Positions 15,020 to 27,079 of a stretch of DNA of 64,000 bases are shown here, piece after piece (within the stretch, counting starts at the first letter, position 1; each line of letters starts with the position of its first letter). The DNA is taken from assembly GCF_036321535.1 (NCBI RefSeq), contig NC_087436.1:92754001-92818000 (forward strand), written 5' to 3'. The DNA comes from Camelus dromedarius. Its lineage: Eukaryota. Position numbers and translations under genes: made by a program. Below the pieces are notes generated by a model, which was given only the letters and a program-made list of their open reading frames with translations, did not search any database and was not told the origin of the DNA.

Positions 15020-16470
15020 GGTCAAAAAAGTATTAGGAACAAATTCAGCAAGGTTGCAGGATACAGGATTGATATACCAGAATCAGTTGTACATCTCAAC
15101 ACCAGCAAAAACATCAGAAAGAATAAAATGCTTAGGAATAAGTTTAGCAAAATAAGTGCTAGACTTACACATGGCTAACTACAACATACCACTGAAAGAA
15201 AGTTTAAAACATCTAAATAATGAGAAGACATCCCATGATAATGGAGTGGGAGAATCGATATTGTTAAGATGGCAATACTCCCCAGATTGACCTACAGCTC
15301 CATTGCAATTCCTATCTAAATCTCAGGTGACTTCTCTGCAGAAATTGACAAGCTGATCCTAAAATTCTTAAGGAAATACAAGGAACCCAGACAGCCAACA
15401 AAAATCCTTACATTTGTGGTCAATTGATTTTTAACAAGGATGCCAAGACAATTCAATGGGGAAAGAATCAACTTTTTAGCAAATGACCCTGGGACAATAG
15501 GATATCCACAACCAGAAGAATGAAATTGGACCCCTACCTTACACCATATGCAAAAATAATTCAAAGTAGATCACAGACCTACAAGTAAGAGCTGAAATTA
15601 TAAAACTTTTAGAAGAAAAAATAGGAATAAATCTTCATGATCTTGGATCAGGTGATGGTTTCTTCAAGAAGACGCCCAAAACATGAGCAACGACAAAAAA
15701 GGATAAATTGTATTTCATCAAAATGAAAACCTTTTGTGCTTCCAAGAACAACATGAAGAACAAAAAGATAACTCATAGAATGGGAGAAAATATTTGCAAA
15801 TTATATATCTGATAAGAGACTTGTAGCCAGTGTATATAGATCTCTTACAACTCAATAATAAACAAGTAGCCTAATTAAAAGTGTGCAAGGGATCTGAATA
15901 TATGTTCTCAAAGAAAGATACACAAATGGCATATGAAAAGATGCTCAAAATCATTAGTCATTAGGGAAATGCAAATTAAACCACAGGGAAATACCAATTC
16001 ATTAGGATAGCTAAAATGAAAAAGATAAATTTATCAGCTAGGATATGGAGAGGTTGAAACCTTCATACATTGTTGATAAGAATGAATGTAAAATGGTGCA
16101 ATCAGTTTGAAAAACAGTTTGGCATATCCTTAAAAAATTATATAGAGTTATCACTTCCACTCATAGGTGTATACCCAAGAGAATTGAAAACATGCCTACA
16201 CAAAAACTTGTACTCAGATGTTAATAAGAGCTTTATTGGTGCTGCCAAAAAGTGTAATCGATCCAAATGTCCATCAGTTGATGAATGGGTAAACAAAATG
16301 TGGTTTGTGTCTACAGAATGGAGTATTATTGTTCAGCCACAAAAAAGGAATGAAATACTGATATGTACTACAACATGAATGAACCTTGAAAACTTCATGC
16401 TAGATGAAAGAAGCCAGACCAGAAAGGCTACTACGTACTGCATGGTTCCACATACATGAAATGTCCAGAA
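15020..16470 (+). mobile_element. Old L1 (L1M-type) ORF2 3' part and 3' UTR, degenerate and internally deleted
   Basis: aattcagcaaggttgcaggataca, tgggagaaaatatttgcaaat, agggaaatgcaaattaaaccaca, aaatgtccatca and gaaatgtccagaatag motifs, with many stops and frameshifts. Confidence 0.9.
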
Positions 16471-17039
16471 TAGTCACTAGAATGCTGCTCAGTACACAGT
16501 TTACGTAAATTAAGGAACAGGTATATTATGATACAATCCCTTTAAAGTTGATTATACATTCATGCAATATATTGACTGAGAGCCTGATGTGTCTGGCACT
16601 GCGTCATGTACTGTGTCCCAAGGACAGAAGCAACACAGCCAATGGCTGAGTAACCATTTGGAGAAAAATGACCAAGACCATTATGAATTATGAGAAAATC
16701 CCAAGTTCCACTGAGCAACGTATTCCCCCAATAAAGCTGTATTTAAAATGCTGAACCAGGCATAAAATGAGAAAGCAAATGCCACTGAGTGTCTCTATCA
16801 TATCAAGACAGTTCAAAAAAAAAAAAAATGACGGTTCAATTTGAGCATCTCAGCCAAAGTACATGCCAGTTCAGGGAAAGAATTATCCATGTTTGGTTTG
16901 TGTGCTCCCAGTACTGATGGAATCATTCTTTCTCTCTCCCTTTCTCCATCTCTCCCTTAAGGCTGTTGTTCAGACCTCACATGGACACCATCTTAGTAAT
17001 ACACACCTGGTATTTCAGCTCGACTGTCAGGAAACAGCA

Positions 17040-17465
17040 CAGTCAATCTGAGAAGAGTTTGATTAAAAAAAAAAAAAAAACACTTGATACAAAGGTGTGA
17101 GCAGAGAGGCCCGGAACTCCAACAGGGAGTGTAGTCTCCAGACCCAGCACTGTCATTGACCCGAAGAGGCGCGGTGAGTGAGCGGTTGGTGGCAGTGGAA
17201 CTAGAGAGGGCTGTGTGTGGAGGGGGCTCCCTGCAGGGAAATGTGATCTCCATGTAAGGAAACATGGTTAGACTTTGCAGAGCCTGCAGGGAGGGAGCCA
17301 GAAGAATCAGTGCCTGACCTCTTCCTCCCTTCTGCCTCCTTCAGCTGCTCCCCTCTAGCTGAAAGCAACTGGAAACCAGAGGGCAGAAGAGCCCATTGAC
17401 GTCCGTACGGGTCGGCCCCCTACAGAGCAAGGGGGAGAAGGACGAAAGGGAGGGAATTGGGCACA
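17040..17465 (-). mobile_element. ERVL solo LTR (LTR16-like)
   Basis: caactggaaaccagagggcagaagagcccattga...acagagcaaggggga...ggcaca motifs. Confidence 0.5.
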
Positions 17466-17589
17466 ACTGATAATGGGGATGAATTGGATAGTTCAAAGAT
17501 GTCTTTGGTTCCGCTTCACTGAAATCCTGAGAGTTGACTTCTTTACATAAATGACTTCTTCATTCTTAACAATTTGAGTAGTAAGTCAG

Positions 17590-17800
17590 TAGTTTAATGC
17601 TTTACCATCATTATTGCAATGACTCTTCTTAACAAGCTATAAGGTAAACAGTAATACTGTCCCCGCTCTACAGATGAGTAAACTGATGCTTAGAGACATG
17701 GGCCCAAGGTCACAGAGCTAGTCCTGGCAAAGCAGTGAAGCCAAGATGCCAATCCAGGCAGTCCAACTGCAGGTGAGAAGCCCGTGTTTCACCCACTCTA
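17590..17800 (-). mobile_element. MIR SINE
   Basis: tacagatgagtaaactgatgct...cccaaggtcacagagctag core. Confidence 0.7.
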
Positions 17801-20496
17801 ATAAAACTGATCTTTGAAGACTTTGAGAAAAAAGTTGCGATGAGGCTGATAAAACAGTAACTACGTAAGTCTGTAACTACTTCTTAAGTCTACTCAGCTC
17901 TGGCTGATCAAACTATAATTCATCTCAATTTGGCCCGAGCAGACTGCTGCTCAAAATCCTGAAAAAAACGCCCAGATGAACATTGGTGCAACTCCTGGGT
18001 CCCAGGTGAGTCTTGGTTCTGATTCAGTCCTGAGCCCCATAGACACAGTCTCAGTGCCTCCGTCAGCAGTCCTGTGTTCACCGGTCCCGATGTTTAAGAA
18101 ACATGCTTGCTTCTATAAGTGAATGAGTGAACGAATGAAGGACTAGATAAATGAATAAGGTGGGATGAGATACATCAAAATAGAACATCTTGAAGCTTGT
18201 ACTCATCAGTTGTCAAAATTTTAATAAATCAGTTTCAACCGTGGTTTTGAAATACAGTTTTCAGATAAACATTCTCATCTAACAAGCATTAGGGACTAGA
18301 CTGATCCTGAGTTTTTTTACCTTCTTTACTATTAAAAATTAAAATTCATCAGGGCACAAGAATAGTTTAGAATACCACTAATGAAAATGAAATTTAGTGA
18401 GCAGTAAGCTCTGTAGTTAGATAGAAGCAGAGGTATCAGAACACGTAACTATAAACATTTTTAAAAGCTAGAGTCCACTTCCCAGCAATAAGTGAAGTTT
18501 AAACATTCCTCAATTTCTGCCAGATTCTAAAAAGAAATTCAAGCCTTGTCGAGATATGAGGAACAGGGAGAAATGTCTTCTAGTCTGTCTCCTTTTTGGT
18601 GCCAATAACAAGGATTCTTCCTCCTTCCTGGCAACATAGAAGCATTTTCAACTCACTTTTAAAAACATAATAATTGTGTTTAATTGTGGCTTGTGCTGGG
18701 TTTTCTATTAACATTTTGTGCTTAATAATTATTATTTATTTTTGGTGTATTTTTGGATATTTTTTTTTCTGTGACTACAGAAGAATGTCAAAGCCAAAAT
18801 TAGGCACGTGACATGTGAACTATATGTTAGCTTAAAAATTCATAAAAATTGGGGAATTCTGTCACATTTCTCTGGATACTTAATGGGAGAAAATCTCGTG
18901 AGTCTACAGGGAACTATAAACATTTGTTTAATGAAGACATGTATAATCCTGATGAAAAATATAAAAGAAGCCATTTCTCAGAAGTTTCATTAATAATTGA
19001 GAAATTATGGATAGAAGGAATTTAGAGATCTTCTAATTCATCAGGCAATTGCTATCACTTATGGGAAAGTAAGGCCCAGAACTCTCTAGTATCTTGCTCA
19101 AATTCAGGCAGGTATTTACTAGCCATGCCAAAATGAATATCAAAATAATACAGTCCCCTAGAACCATAAGATTTTTACAACTATGTGTCCAAATTTCTTA
19201 CTGGTGTGTTTCGCTTTTTCCCTTGGCTGCCAGGAAGCCGAATGTTAATTTATATCTCAATTGCAGCTTCCCTTAGCTCAGGTTTCTGGTCTGCTTATTC
19301 TCTACCACCCTCAGCCATCTTTTTCTGTTCTTGTCTTTGCATTTAGGTTTGAAAGTTTATTGTCACCGTGCTTTATTCTTATAAGCTATTTTTACCTGGA
19401 AATAGATGAAGTATGGATAAGTATATTCGAATGCTTCCTAGAACATAAATTGTAGTATTCAACAGCTAACCCCAGAAATAAGAAATCTCCTTTACCCCTT
19501 CCTGCCACCTATTCCACCCACCCACCCCCAACACTAACAAAAACGTTTCAAACTATTCATTCCAGTTTATGTATCTGGAATCTATTTCCTCAACCTTCAC
19601 TTGCCCACCAGGATTCTGTCCCCTCTTTGTCTGCAGTGAGGATAAGAATCTTAATGGATAAGGAGAAGTGAGGACCTTGTCCAAAGATAAAGACATGTGA
19701 TGTCCAGGGGACCTGACCCCTCTCTCTTGGAGGTCCTAGTTAGGAGCTTTTGAGCAGAATTAGCTCTGAACAAATATCTGTTGTCTGACAAGAGTTGGAA
19801 CAGGAAGTAATTTAGGAAGAGAGAAGCAACTCTGGCTTCAAGCTACTGGGGTCTCAAGGTTAATTTGTTACTGCAGCATAACTTGGTCTGTCTTGACTCA
19901 CATTCATAACTCCTTTGGGTCAAGACCACTCTGAAAATCGTATAAAAACTAGGGACTCTCCCTACATGAGCATACACGCAGGCTGTTCAGGAAATTCGAA
20001 GGGGTTCTTGAATCCCCTAAAGCTTATCCATGGTCCCCGTGTTAAGAACTCCTAATCAAGAACCTTCTCCTCTGCTCAAAATCGCTTTCCCTGACAGCAT
20101 ATCTTACAGCTTTTTGTTTCTTCGTGTAGTATTTGTTGGCTACATAGAAAGGCTGTGGAGTAAAATGAATTGCTCTAAAATATTAAAATGAAATGCCCAA
20201 ATCATTAGTTAGAAAGAGGTTATCAGAAAGACAAATGGATGAACCTGTTCCAAAAATGAAAATTCCCTTATAAAAAAAGCATTGTGCTACAGTCATATTG
20301 AAACAAAGCAGCTTTACTCCCCAACACGCCCTAAAAATTAACTCACATGCCTTCTCAAAATGATGCAAGCCTTAATCTGGCGGGTTCTTTAATACTCAAA
20401 ACTTTATGGTCTATTAATAAAAATATTTATAAGGAAACATTTTTTTAAAGACAATCATTCTGGACTAGAAACAATCCTTCCCATTCCGTTAAGCAG

Positions 20497-20590
20497 ACGC
20501 GCCTGCGCGTTTACATCGCAGGCAGGCACGCCCTGCAGACTCCGCCACCCACGTCATTCTCCCCTGGTTCTGGGCACCGCCACCGCCCCC
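20497..20590. promoter_or_regulatory. Small CpG-rich motif cluster (NRF1-like, CRE/UPRE-like, GC box)
   Basis: GCGCCTGCGC at 20499-20508, CCACGTCA at 20549-20556 (TGACGTGG on minus) and CCGCCCCC at 20583-20590, in CpG-poor surroundings. Confidence 0.45.
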
Positions 20591-22022
20591 CACTCTCTGC
20601 TCCCCTTTAATCAGAAAAGCAAATGCAATTGTTTGAGTGCCTTTGGTCTATGCAGTGACATCTGTTCAAGAAGCAGGTGTTTCTGTCGCCCAGGTACTAA
20701 GTGTCTAACCAGGAAGATACTTGGGGAGAATGTTTAAAAGCTGGTCACTTAAATTTTGTTCCTAAAATAAAGCAACCTTTACAAACAAGTCACCCAGATA
20801 CTGATCCAGCGCTTTTGTAAAACCTTTAAAATCATTGTTTCTGTCCCTTCCTGCTCCGCTTCTTACCCAACAACTAACAAAAACTGATTTTATTTCCATC
20901 TCCCTTTGGAGCTCTCTGAAGTCAAACACCCAATTTTATTTTACATTTCTTTTTCTTTTTTAAGCACTTACGGAGTCTTCAGCATGTGCTAGGCCCTATG
21001 CAGGTGGTCAGTCCTGGGTCTGCCCTTGGGGGTCCTGCTCCCTGTCACCAGGAAGAAGATGGGATACGAAGGAAACAGTATTGTGGTCTTTTCAGGATGA
21101 CACTGAGCACCTTTCACATCAGCTGCACCTGGTCGCTGGACTCCAGCTAGTGAGCTCTGGTTGGAGAGAATCAGAACTAGCTGCTGCTGCGAGATGTGGT
21201 CTTGTTGAGACAGGGAAGTGGGGTCTCCCAGAACCGTGCCTGGCTCAGTTTCCCCAGGACACAGCTCAGGATGAAGGCTGCAGGTTCTGGGTGTGCCCCT
21301 CACTCTGCAGGCTACATCCATTACAATGTATTTTACTGCTCTTTATAAATCATCCGCACACATTTTTAAATGGGCTGCTAAAAGTGAAGAGCTTTCTTCT
21401 GAAGTCCCGTGATTATAGCATGTGTTGTAATGAAAGATTCCCAGTTAAATCTTTATTCTTAAAAACCATCATTCTTTTCACAGATTGGCAAGAAAAGGAT
21501 GAATAACTTTCAAAATAATTGCGGGTGACAGTTCTTCCTACTCGAGAGACTCCATTAAAAACATGTCACGTGGCTCCAAGCATGCTGAAGTTGAAAGAAT
21601 TGTTTTATTACTAAACTATCTTACTTACTGTCAACTTCTAGCTTGGTGGCTTTGTAACAGAGTCAAAGTCTTCGATATGTTTGGAAAAGAAAAAAATAGC
21701 TATTTCCATTGATGACCTGCAAATAGGTCATCCTGTCTTCTGTCACAGTATCCTGCTGCTTTCATAGCACCTATGGCAATATTATAATTATACATTTGTG
21801 TGATTCTTTGTGTGAAGTTTTTGTGCCTCATGAGACTTTTAGCTCTATGATATTGGGGGACATAATTATTTTTCTCACCTTTTCAGATCTTTTGCCTACC
21901 ACAGAAACTTGCATATTGTATGGAGTGCCAAAATATTTTTTTATGTGTTGGTGTACTGTGCTCATATACGTGTATGTACATAGATGATGAACACAGCAAA
22001 AAGCTTTTAAAGATTTGAAGGA

Positions 22023-22166
22023 AGGGGGAGGGTGTAGCTCAAGTGGTAGAGCACATGCTTAGCATGCACAAGGTCCTGGGTTCAATCCCCAGCACCTCCT
22101 CTAAAAATAAATAAACCTAATTACCTCCGCCCCCCCCCCCCAAAAAAATTAAAAATAATACAATAA
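22023..22166 (+). mobile_element. tRNA-derived SINE (camelid Vic-1-like), full length
   Basis: A box tagctcaagtgg, B box ggttcaatcc and an A-rich tail. Exact 15-bp TSD taaagatttgaagga at 22008-22022 and 22167-22181. Confidence 0.85.
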
Positions 22167-22554
22167 TAAAGATTTGAAGGAGATTTGTGGGAAATGATTT
22201 AGGTTGTCCTCACCATGGTCAGTGAGGCAGGGCCCATCTGCAGTCCTTCTGGTTGCTGACACCATGTCATCCCACCCCCTCATCTGTAGAGAATCTAGGC
22301 GTATCCTGACCTGTGCTGGATAGTGAAGATAGATGGGAAAACCCTCAAGAAATAATGCTGTAACGCTTGACCATAATTTGAAAAATGAGAATATATTTTA
22401 TTATATAGGCATGCAGAAATTTAAATGTCAATCATATGCACAGCTGTTGGAAGACCTAAGTTTAGTTCTTCAAATTATACTATACACAACGAGAGCTAGG
22501 ATGCATACACACACACACACTACAATACTTCGGCATTCAATAAAGTGCAGAGAC

Positions 22555-22670
22555 CTTGGAAGACACGGACCTGAATTGAAACCCCAGCCCCAGTCCACAC
22601 TGGCTGTGTCACCTTGAGCAAGTTAGTAAAGCTCTCTAAGTCTCAGTTTCCTTATCTGTAAACTACCTCT
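22555..22670 (+). mobile_element. MIR SINE
   Basis: ctggctgtgtcaccttgagcaagttag...ctcagtttccttatctgtaaa. Confidence 0.75.
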
Positions 22671-22689
22671 TTGACTTAACATAAGAATT

Positions 22690-23370
22690 GAAGCTAATAT
22701 CTTGCTATCTGTTTTTTATTTGTCTCATTGTCACTTTGTTCCTTGTTTATTGACTTGTTTGGGATTTGCTGAGTATTTATTATGATTCCATTTTATCTCC
22801 ACCCTTGGCTTACTAGCCATACCTCTTTGTGTGCATGTGTGCGTGTTTTAGCAGTTGCTCTACGATTTATAGATTTATAATGCACATCTCTAACTTAATC
22901 ACAGTCTGCCTTGAAACAAAGGCAAACCACTTCGTTAATAGTGTAAGAACCTGCAACAACACACCTCCATTTCTCCGTTCCTGTCCTTTGTGCCATTGCT
23001 GTCATATTTTTTAATTCTACATTTTATGGGTTTTTTTATAACTCAATTCCACTTTGGTCAAAGAACATACTTTGTATGATTTAAATCCTTTTAACTTTAT
23101 TGAAACACGTTTTATGGTGAAACATATGGTATTTATTGGTAAATATTCCGAGTGACCTTCAAAGGAATGTGCATTTCTGTGTTGGGACAGAAGGTACTAT
23201 AAATGTCAAACAGGTCGAGTTAGCCGACAGTGTAGTTCACCATCGTCTGTGTACTTAACTGATTTCTCAGTCTACTTCCACTGATGGTGGTGAGAGGGGC
23301 ACTGTGTGGATTTATACCCATTTCTCCTTCCGGTTCTGTCGGTTTTTCCTCATGTACTTTGAAGCCCTTT
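22690..23370 (-). mobile_element. Old L1 fragments
   Basis: ttccactttggtcaaagaacatactttgtatgattt...ttttatggt...ttggtaaatattcc are antisense L1 ORF2 motifs. Confidence 0.65.
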
Positions 23371-24084
23371 TTAACAATGAGACTGATCTCCTTAACCAAG
23401 AAACCAGAATTTGTATCTTCAGGTAAGCCTTATTCTTCAAATTAGTAATTACCTTGAAAGGACATGAGCTTATTTTATGGTTCATATTGTTTGTAAGGCT
23501 TCTCCTATAAAATGAGCTGATGAGCCACAAACACGAAATAGATTTCATTACAGAGTCCCTTTTTTTTTAACCTAAAATAATAATAACCAGCTTACCCATC
23601 CACCATATTCATCAGTCTAGGATCCAACTAGTTTTGATTGCTTCCCCCCAAATTCAGTTTATCCTCAAAAGATGAAGATATCCATTATTGCTCAGTCCTG
23701 TTTTTACAAATGGGTCACCATCTAGTTAACTACCAAGCAGGTGTTCCAAACACGGCCTAAAGATGGTCGCGTTGTTAGAATAAGATGGCCTCACAAGGAA
23801 TTATTTTTAAAGGAACACTTAAATGATCTTTAATGTTTATTTAAAATACTGTTGACATTATTTTATGGTTATGCTTTGGATACAATTCCAGATTTACTCC
23901 CAATAATTGATTATGTTAGAGTGCACTCTTTATGAGAATTAATAGTGATCTTTCTTTAAAAAGTGTTTCAATTTTACAACCACAGTAACTACAAATGTCT
24001 TTAGAAAGACATTCATTGTGAAAGATGAGATATTCATGTGCCAATAAACTGCATGTACAACATCTGAAAATAATCTAAGTCTTT

Positions 24085-24252
24085 GATAGTCAAAGTGTGG
24101 TCCATGGGCGAGCAGCTTTAGAATGCATTACCTGTGAGCTTGCTGGGAATGCAGAATCTCAGCTTCAGTCCAAACCCACTGAGTCAAAAAAATCTCCATT
24201 TTAACAAGATTCCCAGGTGATTTGTATGCAGGTTAGAACTTGAAAAACATAG
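24085..24252. mobile_element. MER5-family hAT DNA transposon
   Basis: tcaaagtgtggtcc...aatgcagaatctcag...ttttaacaagattcccaggtgatttgtatgca...ttgaaaaaca. Confidence 0.8.
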
Positions 24253-24347
24253 CTCTAGCTGATCCTATGAAGAGACAACAAAATTTACAATTGTCACTGC
24301 ATTGTAAATTTTGTTGTCTCTTCACAGGATCAGTTAGAGCTGTGTTT
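24245..24347. repeat. 47-bp inverted repeat with 9-nt spacer
   Basis: Arms 24245-24291 and 24301-24347 are complementary at 44/47 positions; the inner 24 bp are perfect. Confidence 0.95.
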
Positions 24348-24494
24348 CTAACGAAGATAATAACAACTAATGAAGGTAAGGAAATCCTTTTCGAATAGAA
24401 TAGTCAGCGATGGCTATCTTTATTAAGGAGAAAGTTAATTCTACGGTTAAGTTTTAGGAATGCAAATCTTTGAGAGAAATTCAGTTGATAGTAT

Positions 24495-24900
24495 CAAATA
24501 GTATATGATATCACTTATATACGGAATCCAAAAAAAAAACCCAACAACAACCAAACTTACTGAAACAGAGAACAGATTAGTGGTTGCCAGGGGCATGGGG
24601 GTGTGCAGTGAAATGGGTGAAGGAAGTCAAAAAGTATATACTTTGGTTATAAAATAAATGTCATGGGGATGTAATGTACAGCATGGTGACTATAATTAAC
24701 AATACTATATCCCCTATTTAAAAACTGCTAAGAAAGTAATTCTTAAAAGTTCTCATCACAACAAAAAATACTGTAACTATAAATGGTGATGGATGTTAAC
24801 TAAACTCGTGATCATTTCACAATTTATACAAATACCAAATAATTTGCTGTACACTGGAAGCTTATAAATGTTATATGTCAATTATACTTCAATAAAAATA
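24495..24900 (+). mobile_element. L1 3' UTR fragment (L1MA-like)
   Basis: tatcacttatatacggaatc...gtggttgccaggg...tacagcatggtgactata...tcaattatacttcaataaa. Confidence 0.85.
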
Positions 24901-27079
24901 AGTCAGTAAGTAATTTATAAGAAGATTGAACCCCTTTCATCTGAAAACACTGCCAAGCTTTGAGGGGCGGTCCCACTGCAGCACGAAGCCCGTGTTCAGG
25001 ACACAGCCAGAACTTGGGCTTCAGAGAAGGAAAGGTTCCCAAGAGGAATCCTGCAAGGCAGGGGCAGAAATGAAGTCCCATGGGACAAGTGAGGCGGAAA
25101 CAGCTGTGACATCTGTTTCTTTCCTTCTGGAGGCCCAAACTTTTCTCCATTTAGAATAAACTGTGAAATTCTATGTCAAATACAACTGCCTGTAAAATTT
25201 TAAATTGCTTCAATCTGAGTTTACCAGCCGCCTCTCCTTTCATCACATACTAAATCACCTTAAAGCTACATCTGGAATTCAATAAGAAAAATTACAATAA
25301 AAATGGGTTTTAGAGTTTTCTCAGATTTATTTAATATTTCTACCAAGAACAGATAAATCACAATTCAGAACTCTAGCAAGAAACAATACCTTGAAGCTAC
25401 ACTTCTGAGGAGACAAGTGAAATACACTGAACCACCAGAGACACTACAGATAGCGTTTCAAAATAGGCATGGGGATCCTATCCATTCTGACTCTCCAGCT
25501 CCAGGAGAAATGCAGCAAGATGGAATTCACTCAGTACTGACGACTAGGGACAATCTGTATGAGCACTCAGAACAGTTCTTAGAAATGAAAATGCACCCTG
25601 ATATTTCTGTTAGGACAAGATTGTACCCCCTAGTCAGACGGAGCTATCAGCGGAAGACCGGCACTGTATTTTTGTGCACATTCCTTCTCTCTTCCCCGGA
25701 ACACTCTCCACCTGCTCTCTGTGCCTGACCCGAAAGGGCACTTCCTGGAGGAGACTTTCCTACCCCCACTGCCTATAGGTAGTTACGAGGTAGCCTCATG
25801 ACACAGGGCACTCAAAAATACTTGAGCAAATGCAGTAAGTGAAGGCTCAGTTTTTAAATTTCTTTTTCAGTTTCCCAAATCTATAGGACAATTGCCCTAG
25901 TCTTCTCTGATAAACATACTGTTTTTATGATAACCTGTCGTGAGACCCGAGAGCATTACAGATTATATAAACAAAAAATTAAGCATCCCACCATGTGGAG
26001 TTCCACATACCCCTATTACTAGGGATGGAAATCCCTATGGGAAACTTTTGAGGTCTAATGGTATTAACAACGTAAGTTAAAAAATAATGAAAAGAAACCA
26101 GCTTATCTTCAATGTTTTCCCTTTAAAATTTTGGGTTCTCACCTCCTTTTGAAAAGGAGTATTCAAATTAAAATTCTAATTCAGGAATTCTCACACCCTG
26201 GTTTTATGATACACTAATGTTTTTGATTAACTTAGGAGGACTGAAGAGCTGTTTGTCTTTTTTGTTTTATTTTTTGTTTGTCTTTTTTAATTTACCTTTA
26301 TATTATAGAGGACAAATTAATTGTAGGGAATCTCTAAATGACAAAAAAGAAGAAAACAAAAAAAATTACCCATGTATGAGCACTGTTAGTATTTAGTGTA
26401 CATATTTCTTTTCAATCTTTTTCCTATATATGCAACATTGGAATTATTCTGCATATAGACATGTGTCCTATTTTTATTTTACAGCTAAAAAAATGAGTCT
26501 TAAGCCCTTTCTAAATTTAACAAAACTAATTTATGTTCATAAAAATATTTTTAATATGCAGAAAAAAAAAAAACACATCTCCCACACCCATCCTAACCCT
26601 TAACAGTAACAACTTAAAGTGGTAGGTGTGTATTTGAATGTTTTTCTCTATCATAAGCACTTTGTTATGTTATTAAATATTCTGCAAAAAATGATTCAAA
26701 AGACTGCATTATGCTCTACCTTACAAACATGCCACATTTTAGCCATTTTCCTAATTTCTTTCTACTAAAGCAAAGCTGTTTCCTTAGATTGTGTTCCTAG
26801 AAGTGGAATGACTAGGTCAAAAGGAATGAATTTTTTCACTCTTGATACCTACGACAAAAGTGCCCTCAGATAGACGGCCCCAACTCACACTCCCCTTAGC
26901 AGTGTATCAGCGTGCCTAGTTTTGATGATGATTAGTATTAATCCATTTAAATGTCTTTTGATAAGCACATTATTACACTGAATTGTAATTATGTGTATAG
27001 GACTCTTTGTCAGTTAACTAGACAGTGAGTCCATGCCTTTTTTATCTCTGTACCTCTAGAGACAAGCATCATAAGTGAA

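Noticed and set aside
20965..21506. Overlapping 110-aa and 141-aa ORFs with a minus-strand GTAAGT nearby
   Set aside because: No recognisable protein features and no consistent exon chain. A non-coding exon cannot be excluded without RNA data.
22030..22100. tRNA-like sequence with A and B boxes
   Set aside because: It has an A-rich tail and TSDs and recurs in the window, so it is a SINE head rather than a tRNA gene.
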